Below, one piece after another: positions 8,545 through 16,400 of a stretch of DNA of 26,445 nucleotides (position 1 is the stretch's first letter; every line of letters starts with the position of its first letter). Below the pieces are notes generated by a model that did no database searches, was not told where the DNA came from, and saw nothing but the letters and a program-made list of their open reading frames with translations. The stretch is from a virus. The position numbers and the translations under genes are program-made. The DNA lies in the UHGV virus genome UHGV-0139945. One strand, written 5' to 3'.

Positions 8545-8571
8545 ATAAAAAAACCCCGCCGAAGCGAGGTT
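8545..8571 (-). terminator. Rho-independent terminator (tR'-like), copy 2 of the identical 27-bp element
   Basis: Same sequence as 4513-4539; located between the Q-like gene and the late operon, where lambdoid phages place tR'. Confidence 0.55.
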
Positions 8572-8660
8572 ATTTATAAATATGGCAAAATATCAAATTA
8601 CCGTAAAATATGGCTCATTTTGTTGCATTTTGCAAGCCCGTTTGACGAAGATAGCCAACT

Positions 8661-9380
8661 TTAATCACACTTTTCCGTCCTGAAGTCTTCTATTTCCTCA
8701 TGAAGCTTATATATGCATTGCAACGCGCTGCTATCCATATCGATGAAAGCCATCTTTAACCGTTCCCAATGGCCTGCATACACCCTTTTCCAAGTGGACC
8801 GCTCAACTGAAACCAAACGCGCCAGTGCGGCACCCGCGTAGGCTTTATAGGTCTCATTATTGCGGGTAGCCGCAACTTCTTGTGCCGCCAGCCAGACCAG
8901 CCCTACCAGCTTTTTAATCACTCGCGATTGTAGCGGCTTGCTTATTTGGTAGTTCTGGTATTCAGTCCAGACGTGCTGGCACATTAATGTTTGATAATGG
9001 AAGTTTAGATCGAAGCCATAGCAATAGCGCACCCACGCTTGCTGGTAGGCTTCCAGTTGATTCACTGCACGGCGCCACGGCGAATAACCGAACTCAATAT
9101 CGTTAATGGGTGGCATTGGTCGGCGGCGGCTTCGGGTCTCCATCACATAAACTGGAGTAGTCAGTGCCTTAACCACCGACGGGCCACAACCAATTCCCCC
9201 ATCCAGATCGACAAAATGGCGAGAGTACCGCGGATTTTTATTCTTATCTGCTGGTGGGTTCTCGCTGAATGCCTCGAGTTGTCCCTTTGTTGTGCCGGAT
9301 AGATCCAACAACGCTCGACGAACTTCAATACGGGTATATTCCAGATTTTGTAGGTTCATACTGCTCAGTGCTCCATACAC
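8661..9380 (-). CDS. Putative late-gene antiterminator Q (QuuQ / Q82-family-like), 239 aa
   Basis: Positional call: last gene before the terminator and late operon, and immediately downstream of a DUF968-like gene as in E. coli Qin ydfU-quuQ (recollection). ORF-track start is GTG at 9380; ATG at 9359 (MNLQNLEY...) is an alternative. Confidence 0.5.
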   Translation of the reverse strand: MYGALSSMNLQNLEYTRIEVRRALLDLSGTTKGQLEAFSENPPADKNKNPRYSRHFVDLDGGIGCGPSVVKALTTPVYVMETRSRRRPMPPINDIEFGYSPWRRAVNQLEAYQQAWVRYCYGFDLNFHYQTLMCQHVWTEYQNYQISKPLQSRVIKKLVGLVWLAAQEVAATRNNETYKAYAGAALARLVSVERSTWKRVYAGHWERLKMAFIDMDSSALQCIYKLHEEIEDFRTEKCD

Positions 9381-10442
9381 TTATGATTTCACAATCACGC
9401 CGATCGCTATGGCTCTATCAAGAAAACGGAACAGCAGCTGCAGCTGTGAGCCGTTTTTCTCTTCAAACGCATTTACGTCGGCATGTAGCTCGTCGTGACA
9501 CTCTCTGCACAGAGGGAACACGAAGAGATCGTGGGCTTTGGTTGCGGTACCGCCCATGCCATGCCCGATAACATGATGCGGATCGTCGGCAGGTCGGCGA
9601 CAACATTCACATGGCTGACGTTTTACCCAGTCGGTGTAGGTCTTGTTAACCCAGCGGCGGCGCTTAGGTTTCAACATAAAGGATTCAGGTGATTCCGGGT
9701 CAACGGCCAGCGCCAACACCTTCGGCAGCTTCGGTAACGCCTGCACGTTTTCGTTGGACCAGCATTTCTGTATTAATCTTGCTGTTGGCAACCTCTCCTG
9801 CAGAATGCTGGTGGCTGGTACTGAAGGAACAATGTCGCTTTCTTTATATACAGATTGAAACGGCTCAGCAGGAAGGCGCAGGCCACGCTGCGCCATTGTC
9901 TCTGTGATAGCGTCTGCTGCACCGGCATATACAGCCCACCAGCATAGCTCCGCCAGCGATAGTTCCCGCTCCCGGCCCAGTTGCAGATTCTGCAGGGCAG
10001 TATCGATTATCCAGTTGATAACGTTTCGGCGCGCCAGCTCACTGAGTGTGTCGGTGGTCTGCTCACGAAGGAGGTTTTCACAATGCCAGCAGAGCATGAT
10101 AGCGCCGGGTGGATGGCGCATGCTTAAATGCTCATGATGATGATATTCAGAATGCGGATACTGGCATTCCCGGATGTTCTGCCGAAGCCAGTACTCAAGC
10201 CCCTGCAGACCTCCAGCAGCATTGATGACTTTCTCGCTGGTGAAAAAGGCTTCCAGTGCCTTATCTTCAGCCAGCGGCTGGCGCGCGTCAGGGATTCGGC
10301 CGGTCGCCAGCCCTGCCATGCTTTTTGGCTCAGACTCCACCAGCACCCTACCGCTGCGGAAAAGACGCATCAGCTCCTTTCCTGGCTTAAGCAGTACCAC
10401 GCCTAAGCGCGGCACAACTTCAGGAGTAAGCAGAGCTCTCAT
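9381..10442 (-). CDS. DUF968-like nin-region protein with Cys/His-rich C-terminus, 353 aa
   Basis: C-terminal CECCRRPADDPHHVIGHGMGGTATKAHDLFVFPLCRECHDELHAD looks like a zinc/HNH-type motif; size and position resemble E. coli YdfU (recollection); start overlaps C5 MTase stop (10439-10442). Confidence 0.6.
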   Translation of the reverse strand: MRALLTPEVVPRLGVVLLKPGKELMRLFRSGRVLVESEPKSMAGLATGRIPDARQPLAEDKALEAFFTSEKVINAAGGLQGLEYWLRQNIRECQYPHSEYHHHEHLSMRHPPGAIMLCWHCENLLREQTTDTLSELARRNVINWIIDTALQNLQLGRERELSLAELCWWAVYAGAADAITETMAQRGLRLPAEPFQSVYKESDIVPSVPATSILQERLPTARLIQKCWSNENVQALPKLPKVLALAVDPESPESFMLKPKRRRWVNKTYTDWVKRQPCECCRRPADDPHHVIGHGMGGTATKAHDLFVFPLCRECHDELHADVNAFEEKNGSQLQLLFRFLDRAIAIGVIVKS

Positions 10443-12409
10443 GCAACCTCCCTCTGCTCAGGAATACACATTTCCGGTAGGTTTGCCCTTACCAGAGCTT
10501 CAGCGAACGGCGGTGGGACGGCGTTGCCGCACCTAGCGACTTGTTTGTCTTTGGCGTAACGGTTGCCGCGGTAATCCTGATCGATGATGTAGCCCGCAGG
10601 AAAACCTTGCGCCCTGTACAGCTCGTGCGGCTGTAACATCCGCATGCCAATATCGACGATCTGATATTCAACCCCCTCAACCGTTACCAGACCAAAACGA
10701 TCGTTAGTGGTGACAGTTCCCAGCGGCTCATCCAGCGATACACCGCTTTTTTCGTTCCCGTAATACTTCATCAGGAAAGCTCGTACTTCCCCGACATGCT
10801 GACCGCCGGCGGTAATTGTTGGCACAGGTTCGTCAACTCTGCGACCGTCCTTGCAGGTGCCGCGAAGATGAACGAGGTGTGAAGTCACCATCGCCGCATC
10901 AGCTTTTGTTGTCAGAGTCTGCAACGGCTCATCAGCATCACGAGGGCGGCTTTGCCCCGCTCGACCACCAACGCCAACAATCTGGGCTGTCACTAAAGCG
11001 TGGTGATCGGTTGTCGTCACTGTGTGAGCAGGCTGATCTATTGCAGCGCCGGGGCCTGTATAATTCCCTCCGAAGTGTTTTGCCAGAAACGTGGTGACCA
11101 GCTGAGATTTACCGCCGCCCCCAGCTGTAATGGTTGCACTCGGCTCGTCGGCACCGTGGCCGACGCTGGCACCGAATTGACGTGCGATCACTGGTGCCAC
11201 TAAACAGGCTCGGGATTGTTTCAGGATGGTGTGGGCTGGCCTGTTGATTGCGCGTGGTTTGGCCTGATACTCACTGCCGCCATTGCCAGCGATGAACGGT
11301 ATCAACGTTGCTTTCACTATCCCTAGTGCATGTCCATTTCCCCCCGGGCGCTGCGAACTTCCCGCGGTAACGGTTGGTAATGGTTCAGTGCATTCCTGCC
11401 CGGTGGCGCCGGTACGAAATTTTGTGACATGTGGCGTCACTACGGCGTATCCGTGAGTTTTGGTAATGGTCTGCAGCGGGCTATCGATATCCTGCCCACG
11501 GAAACAGTCATACGAACTACGGGTGCTGGTGTGATTGCATTTGACGATGAAAGGCGTCGGATTATTCAGCACAAACCGCTCGATTCCGCGCGCAATGCGT
11601 TTCAGCGTGTTTTCTGCAAGCGGCTTTTTACGATCAAAGATGCTTTGGCACGGGATAGACCAGTCGATACATTCAGCTGCTGTACGCCACCCTGCCAGTT
11701 TGCCGCTTTGTACTTCGAGCGATTTGGGATCCCCATGAGTCGGCGCTGGCCAGTGGATAGTTTCACCGTCGCAGCGCATCACCATAAAGAATCTCTTCCT
11801 TATTGTCGGCGCCCCGAAATCACAGGCACGCAACTCGCGATAATCGATGGTATACCCAAGGCCAGATATCAGGGCCTTTGCCTGCTCACTGTCGGGAGGA
11901 ATAGACAGAAACTCGCAGGCTTCGGCCAGCGCGGGGTGATCGACCGGGATCCCCGTAGACAACATCCCGACAAATGCAGCGAAGGTTTCCCCTATGCGTG
12001 TCGGGTCCGGACGTGCCTCATCCTCCAGCAATGGCCCCCACGTCTTGAACTCTTCAACGTTCTCCAGCATTACAACGCGCGGACGCTTCGCCAACGCCCA
12101 GCGGACAACGATCCACGCGAGACCGCGAATCTCTTTCTTCACGGGCTTTGCACCCTTCGCCTTAGAGAAATGCCTACAGTCCGGGCTAAACCACGCCAGG
12201 CCAACCGGATTACCGCCGGTCGCCGCGACCGGGTCAACATCAAATACGGACTCACAATAATGGAGCGTATCTGGATGGTTGGTTTTGTGCATGGCAATAG
12301 CGTTTTCATCATGGTTTATCGCAATATCAACGCTGCGCCCGATCGCCAGCTCAATCCCTGTGGACGCGCCACCGCCACCAGCAAAATTATCGACAATAAT
12401 CTCACGCAT
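10439..12409 (-). CDS. DNA (cytosine-5)-methyltransferase with enlarged repeat-containing variable region, 656 aa
   Basis: Motif I FAGGGG, catalytic Pro-Cys (SPDCRHFS), ENV (VVMLENVEEF), QGFP (motif VIII) and GNAV (motif X); about 7 tandem DEPxxT[IV]T-like repeats between; 8-nt overlap with the upstream MTase gene. Confidence 0.9.
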   Translation of the reverse strand: MREIIVDNFAGGGGASTGIELAIGRSVDIAINHDENAIAMHKTNHPDTLHYCESVFDVDPVAATGGNPVGLAWFSPDCRHFSKAKGAKPVKKEIRGLAWIVVRWALAKRPRVVMLENVEEFKTWGPLLEDEARPDPTRIGETFAAFVGMLSTGIPVDHPALAEACEFLSIPPDSEQAKALISGLGYTIDYRELRACDFGAPTIRKRFFMVMRCDGETIHWPAPTHGDPKSLEVQSGKLAGWRTAAECIDWSIPCQSIFDRKKPLAENTLKRIARGIERFVLNNPTPFIVKCNHTSTRSSYDCFRGQDIDSPLQTITKTHGYAVVTPHVTKFRTGATGQECTEPLPTVTAGSSQRPGGNGHALGIVKATLIPFIAGNGGSEYQAKPRAINRPAHTILKQSRACLVAPVIARQFGASVGHGADEPSATITAGGGGKSQLVTTFLAKHFGGNYTGPGAAIDQPAHTVTTTDHHALVTAQIVGVGGRAGQSRPRDADEPLQTLTTKADAAMVTSHLVHLRGTCKDGRRVDEPVPTITAGGQHVGEVRAFLMKYYGNEKSGVSLDEPLGTVTTNDRFGLVTVEGVEYQIVDIGMRMLQPHELYRAQGFPAGYIIDQDYRGNRYAKDKQVARCGNAVPPPFAEALVRANLPEMCIPEQREVA

Positions 12410-13301
12410 GAGCGGCCCCCTGCATACTCCCTACCAGGCCACCAGCAACGGTGATGATCTCGCTGGTGGGCATGCGCTCCAGCCACAACTGGTTAATGTG
12501 GGCCTTCAGCTTGTTCTGCTGGGACAATTCCAGATCCTCAGCGCCTTCAACCTGGTTGAACACCAGCCCAACTTCCAGTGGCCATATCCGTGATTCAGCC
12601 TCAGCCAATGCTGCAAATCCAGCTTCGGGGATGATCACTTCAGGAGACTGAGCTGGCGAAGCTGGTGACAGGAATTTTCCTGCTGCAAACTCAGCCAAAG
12701 CCATACTTGCGCGCCCTTTCGCTTCAAGCTCTACACGATCGATATAGCTAAAGTGCTCGCCGCGCCAGGTCTTATCGAATACCACAATGGCCCCGGCAAA
12801 GAAGGCGCTGGTGGGCTTCTGCTTTTCGTCGGCCGGCACAAACCACGTAGGGAGATCGAAACCAATACGACCACGAATAAACATGATGTGATCGGCATAT
12901 TCCGGCCACCATGTTTCACTAGTTGCTGACTTCACGAGGTAAATGTAGCGACCGCCCTTTTCACGCTGCTCGGCGGTGTATTTCATGATATGAGTCATGC
13001 CAGTTATGGCTTGTTTTTTATGGTACTGCGAGCGGCTGTAGGGCGGATTAGCAAAGGCTGCACCGCCGAGTTCTCCTAGGCGACCAGACCAGTCCTGCGT
13101 CAACGCATTATCCTCAGCGGTGTACCATGCCGGGCATTTCGTGTTGCTGTCGTCAGCAAACAGATCCAGAACAAGAGGACCAAATAACGAATTAATTCCC
13201 CAGAACAAAAGATCAGGCGTACGCCACTGATCACCAACTTCTTTCAAATAATGGGACGGCGCAACACGCATTGCTTCCAGCGATTCACAATATGCATTCA
13301 T
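12402..13301 (-). CDS. Phage-type DNA N6-adenine methyltransferase (YfdM/phage Dam-like) with C-terminal extension
   Basis: WRTPDLLF...LDLFADD...AFANPPYSRS pattern typical of the phage N6-adenine MTase family (recollection); ATG at 13301 overlaps the upstream stop (TGATG); track start 13304 is GTG. Confidence 0.75.
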   Translation of the reverse strand: MNAYCESLEAMRVAPSHYLKEVGDQWRTPDLLFWGINSLFGPLVLDLFADDSNTKCPAWYTAEDNALTQDWSGRLGELGGAAFANPPYSRSQYHKKQAITGMTHIMKYTAEQREKGGRYIYLVKSATSETWWPEYADHIMFIRGRIGFDLPTWFVPADEKQKPTSAFFAGAIVVFDKTWRGEHFSYIDRVELEAKGRASMALAEFAAGKFLSPASPAQSPEVIIPEAGFAALAEAESRIWPLEVGLVFNQVEGAEDLELSQQNKLKAHINQLWLERMPTSEIITVAGGLVGSMQGAAHA

Positions 13302-13558
13302 CACGCCAGTACCTCCTGCACTACTTTCTCGACATGCGACACTCGGCCTTCCAGATCTGCAACGCTATCAACAAGCTCATCAACTGCCAGCTGTGCACGA
13401 TGTTTGGCCTGCATCAGTTCACGCAACGCCGGTACCAGTGCTTTTTTAAGCGCGTCCTTTGTGGCCCCCGTTTTTTCCAGCTGTTCGGCACGTTTGAGCA
13501 TGTCTTCAGCCTGGCGGCGCAGTTGTTCAGGGGTTGGTGATATAACCTGCGATTTCAT
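13301..13558 (-). CDS. Hypothetical coiled-coil protein, 85 aa
   Basis: ORF-track ORF; ATGA overlap with replication gene stop at 13555-13558; helical, charged sequence. Confidence 0.45.
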   Translation of the reverse strand: MKSQVISPTPEQLRRQAEDMLKRAEQLEKTGATKDALKKALVPALRELMQAKHRAQLAVDELVDSVADLEGRVSHVEKVVQEVLA

Positions 13559-14433
13559 GAGCGGAATCCTTTTGGAACGGTGTACTTAACGTCTGAGTAA
13601 CTGGATCTGAACGCTGGATCTTCAGCCCCTCCTTTAGCCCATTTCCCGTTTTTCTTCTCCGGGCGCCCGGCCTTGTCCCAGTTACCTGCACGCTTGAGAT
13701 AGCCAGGAAAATTTTTCGGGATGAACAATGTCGTCGGGCGGAGATATTCTTCCTGTTCTGAGTCTTTCCAGTCCTCGTTTTTGTAGTCCACCACCAGCGC
13801 CATTTCTGCAACGGTAAATCCTTCACGGAGACGAGCCCTGATATGTTCAAGCGACGTAGCGCAGACCTGAAAGCGTGAGCCAGTGGTTTGGTTTAGATAG
13901 GTCAGAACCTGTTTTGATAAATCAGTGAGCACCACTTGCGGGTCTGGTTCCGCAGGAACCGGACAAGAGGGTTTAGATCCTACTGATGGATCTGTATTTG
14001 AATTTACTGACGGATCGTGTCCAGTTTCTGGACCCTGAAAACCCTGTTTTTTTGGCTCTTTCGGACATTCAGATTTTGGACGTCCAGCTTCCGAATGTTC
14101 AGATTCTGTACGTCCAGATTTTGGACCCTCATAATGTTCATTTGCAGCCTGACGCAGCTTAGCCACATTCAGGGTGTAGAGGTTGCTGGTACTGCGCTGA
14201 CCGACACGGCGCTCTTTTTTGGTCAGCCAGCCATCTTTAACCAGCTCGCCGATCAAAGTGATAACTGTGCTACGTCCGGCACCGAGCTGGCGCGCAATCG
14301 TCGCAACGCTTGGATATGCGATCCCCTCATCGCTGGCATAATCAGCCAGGCGAAGCATGATCAGTAATTTATTGCCTTTGATGCCTGCCGCAGCGCAACC
14401 ATCCCAGACATATGCGGATAATTTAACGCTCAC
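13555..14433 (-). CDS. Replication initiator / replisome organiser (lambda O-like: N-terminal winged HTH, low-complexity linker, conserved C-terminal domain)
   Basis: Start assigned to GTG at 14433 (AGAGGATAGG upstream, GTGA overlap with the preceding small ORF); HTH-like LLIMLRLADYASDEGIAYPSVATIARQLGAGRSTV; iteron-like DNA repeats inside the linker-coding region. Confidence 0.7.
   Translation of the reverse strand: MSVKLSAYVWDGCAAAGIKGNKLLIMLRLADYASDEGIAYPSVATIARQLGAGRSTVITLIGELVKDGWLTKKERRVGQRSTSNLYTLNVAKLRQAANEHYEGPKSGRTESEHSEAGRPKSECPKEPKKQGFQGPETGHDPSVNSNTDPSVGSKPSCPVPAEPDPQVVLTDLSKQVLTYLNQTTGSRFQVCATSLEHIRARLREGFTVAEMALVVDYKNEDWKDSEQEEYLRPTTLFIPKNFPGYLKRAGNWDKAGRPEKKNGKWAKGGAEDPAFRSSYSDVKYTVPKGFRS
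14019..14134. repeat. Iteron-like repeat cluster inside the replication gene (putative origin)
   Basis: Palindrome GTCCAGTTTCTGGAC (14019-14033); direct repeats TTCAGATTTTGGACGTCCAG (14068-14087) and TTCAGATTCTGTACGTCCAG (14098-14117); further TGGACCCT units. Confidence 0.45.
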
Positions 14434-14609
14434 TTGCCTATCCTCTTGAATCTGGAACGAAAGATAATCTTCGGGGCAGCACATTCCCACTCATAGCCTG
14501 GGCGACGGTAGATCACGCGCTGGCGATCATCGTCATAACCAATGACATGCACGACGATGCCATGCTGATCACGGTAGTATTGGTCGAGGGACCGGATATT
14601 TTCTTCCAT
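14430..14609 (-). CDS. Small hypothetical protein, 59 aa (not in ORF track)
   Basis: ATG at 14609 preceded by GGGAGG; stop overlaps GTG start of the replication gene (GTGA) and start abuts antirepressor stop; product MEENIRSLDQYYRDQHGIVVHVIGYDDDRQRVIYRRPGYEWECAAPKIIFRSRFKRIGK. Confidence 0.4.
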   Translation of the reverse strand: MEENIRSLDQYYRDQHGIVVHVIGYDDDRQRVIYRRPGYEWECAAPKIIFRSRFKRIGK

Positions 14610-14610
14610 A

Positions 14611-15330
14611 TCAACCTCCCATCAGCTCAGAGGCGTAGCGCTGCGCAATCCACTGGACGCCGCGGGGTGTAACTCGGGTTTGGGTATAGGCATGACCAAA
14701 ATCTGAAGTGCCAGTTTTGACGGTAAACAAACCTTCGCGCTGGCGCAGGGCATGAGGGAGCAAATTGCCGGACTGACGAAAAAGCACCTTGTCACGCAAT
14801 AGCGTGTCGATCATGGCCTTTTCCGGCATGTTCAGGATTTTCGCTGTTTCACGCAGGCTTTTGGCGCCGCCGGCTTCAACGTATTGATTGACGAACGCGA
14901 CTTTCGGAGCATCCTGTTGGACCTTGTGAGACAGGCGCGCATTCTGCTCAGCCATATCGGCGGCCAGACGAAGCGCCTCCGGTAGCGTTTGTGGGATAGC
15001 ATTAGCGCTATCTTCCAACTCACGCAGGCGACGGATAATCTTCATGCGAAGTACCGCGCTGTAACCAGTGATCAGGCATTCGGTATGCTCACGATCGAGG
15101 CGATACTCGCGGTACTTCTGGCCGTTCTGGGGGTGTGTCCAAAGTTGGATATACCCCTCCGGGCTCTCTCCTAACTGTTTCAGCATCGCCTCAATATCCC
15201 GGCAAACATGCCCATGCTGCTTTTCAGTCAGCTCAGCAATCTCACGGCTGCTCATGGTTACGCTGCTAGCAGTAAAGGCAGGGACAGAAGCAACTGATGA
15301 AACCGGGAGATTATTTATCCATTGCGCCAT
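14611..15330 (-). CDS. Phage regulatory protein Rha / antirepressor with KilAC-type C-terminal domain, 240 aa
   Basis: Start set at ATG 15330 (GAGGAGGT upstream); Rha-like MSSREIAELTEKQHGHVCRDIEAMLKQL and antirepressor-like C-terminus (KVAFVNQYVEAGGAKSLRETAKILNMPEK...). Confidence 0.75.
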   Translation of the reverse strand: MAQWINNLPVSSVASVPAFTASSVTMSSREIAELTEKQHGHVCRDIEAMLKQLGESPEGYIQLWTHPQNGQKYREYRLDREHTECLITGYSAVLRMKIIRRLRELEDSANAIPQTLPEALRLAADMAEQNARLSHKVQQDAPKVAFVNQYVEAGGAKSLRETAKILNMPEKAMIDTLLRDKVLFRQSGNLLPHALRQREGLFTVKTGTSDFGHAYTQTRVTPRGVQWIAQRYASELMGG

Positions 15331-15508
15331 TGTGCTTACCTCCTCGTGCAATGAAGTCACCCACAGCCCACTCTGTAAAACTGTGGTTAACCTGGGCCCA
15401 TCCACCCGGTATTCTTACGGCATAGCAAAACGCAATAACGCTTTTACCACCGCGAACTGGTAACGCGCGAAGTTGCGATCGCTGATTATTTGCGGTTAAA
15501 TTGCTCAT
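15311..15508 (-). CDS. Small hypothetical protein, 65 aa
   Basis: ATG at 15508 overlaps the upstream stop (ATGA) with GGAG upstream; overlaps the antirepressor start by about 20 nt; no motif recognised. Confidence 0.3.
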   Translation of the reverse strand: MSNLTANNQRSQLRALPVRGGKSVIAFCYAVRIPGGWAQVNHSFTEWAVGDFIARGGKHNGAMDK

Positions 15509-16062
15509 GCGGATTTCTCCATACACATTGATTTATTCGCCACGACGCCCGGAGCTGCACACTCGCGGGCGTCACTATTTTCTGGCAGGCAATAAACACG
15601 AGAAATCAGGTTGAGAAACGTCATCAGCGTGACCCTGAACTGGTAGGCGATATCATTCAGACTTTGCCACTCGCCGTGTGTAACCACCCCATCATCGATA
15701 TATTCCCGATAAGCGCTGACCAGCTCGCCGAGCTGTCCCACCAGCTCCGCCAGCTTCAAACCAATCTCTTCGTTCTCGTCTTCATGAGCTGCACCAGATA
15801 CATGGATCCCGTTGTCGGTTTCACGTGAAAAAACATCGGCGATGTAGCTAACACCTGCTGCCTTCTGCAGGACCATTGCCCAGCCCATAGGGAATATCTG
15901 ATCTCCACCAGCACGCAGCCGGTTAAAGATCGCGTCCTGGGTGGTATCCAGAATCTCAGCTGCTTCGATATAGCCACCAGGTAATGCGGCTATTGTTTTA
16001 CGGATTGCTGCCACCAGCCACGCGGGCTGTTTTTCTACTTTCCAGGTTGGTTCATTACCCAC
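15505..16062 (-). CDS. Putative CII-like early regulator, 185 aa
   Basis: First gene after cro; GTG start at 16062 with AAGGGG upstream; weak resemblance to the CII (CP76-type) family (recollection). Confidence 0.45.
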   Translation of the reverse strand: MGNEPTWKVEKQPAWLVAAIRKTIAALPGGYIEAAEILDTTQDAIFNRLRAGGDQIFPMGWAMVLQKAAGVSYIADVFSRETDNGIHVSGAAHEDENEEIGLKLAELVGQLGELVSAYREYIDDGVVTHGEWQSLNDIAYQFRVTLMTFLNLISRVYCLPENSDARECAAPGVVANKSMCMEKSA

Positions 16063-16090
16063 GGCTTACCCCTTATCTCTGTGGTTCCTA

Positions 16091-16300
16091 TCAAACTTTT
16101 TGTTCTTTAAGCTTGCTATACAGCTCCGGTTGGAAAACAAGTTTCCCATCGGTGCGGTACGCAGCTTCAGCAGCCCTCCCTTTTGGGATCAAGCGACCGG
16201 GTCTGTTCCGCCACTGATAAACAGCTTCGCTGGATATGCCAAAGAACTCGGCTACCTTCTCAGCGTTTCCAAAGTACTTTTCAACTTCATCGGTGGTCAT
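16091..16300 (-). CDS. Cro / YdaS-like HTH regulator, 69 aa
   Basis: Pattern AEKVAEFFGISSEAVYQWRNRPGRLIPKGRAAEAAYRTDGKL matches YdaS/Cro-like HTH proteins (recollection); strong RBS AAAGGAG; divergent from the repressor gene. Confidence 0.7.
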   Translation of the reverse strand: MTTDEVEKYFGNAEKVAEFFGISSEAVYQWRNRPGRLIPKGRAAEAAYRTDGKLVFQPELYSKLKEQKV

Positions 16301-16400
16301 AATGGCTCCTTTAACTAAGTTTGATTAGATATTAATTACCAATCTATCTTTGGTCAATAAAAACTAAGATTGCTTAGCTTGATTGACTACTGGTGTGTAA
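16301..16400. promoter_or_regulatory. Divergent cro/cI promoter-operator region
   Basis: Palindromic sites CTAAGTTTGATTAG (16316-16329) and CTAAGATTGCTTAG (16364-16377, perfect CTAAG-N4-CTTAG); AT-rich; no SD before the cI ATG. Confidence 0.5.

Noticed and set aside
11429-12454. 341-aa plus-strand ORF, with other long plus ORFs across 9039-12651
   Set aside because: Antisense to the C5 and N6 methyltransferase and DUF968 genes, whose products carry clear catalytic motifs; long antisense frames are expected in GC-rich coding DNA.
14017-14367. 116-aa plus-strand ORF with repetitive FRTFRFWTSSFRMFRF sequence
   Set aside because: It is the antisense reading of the iteron-like repeats inside the replication gene; the repetitiveness is a DNA-repeat artefact.
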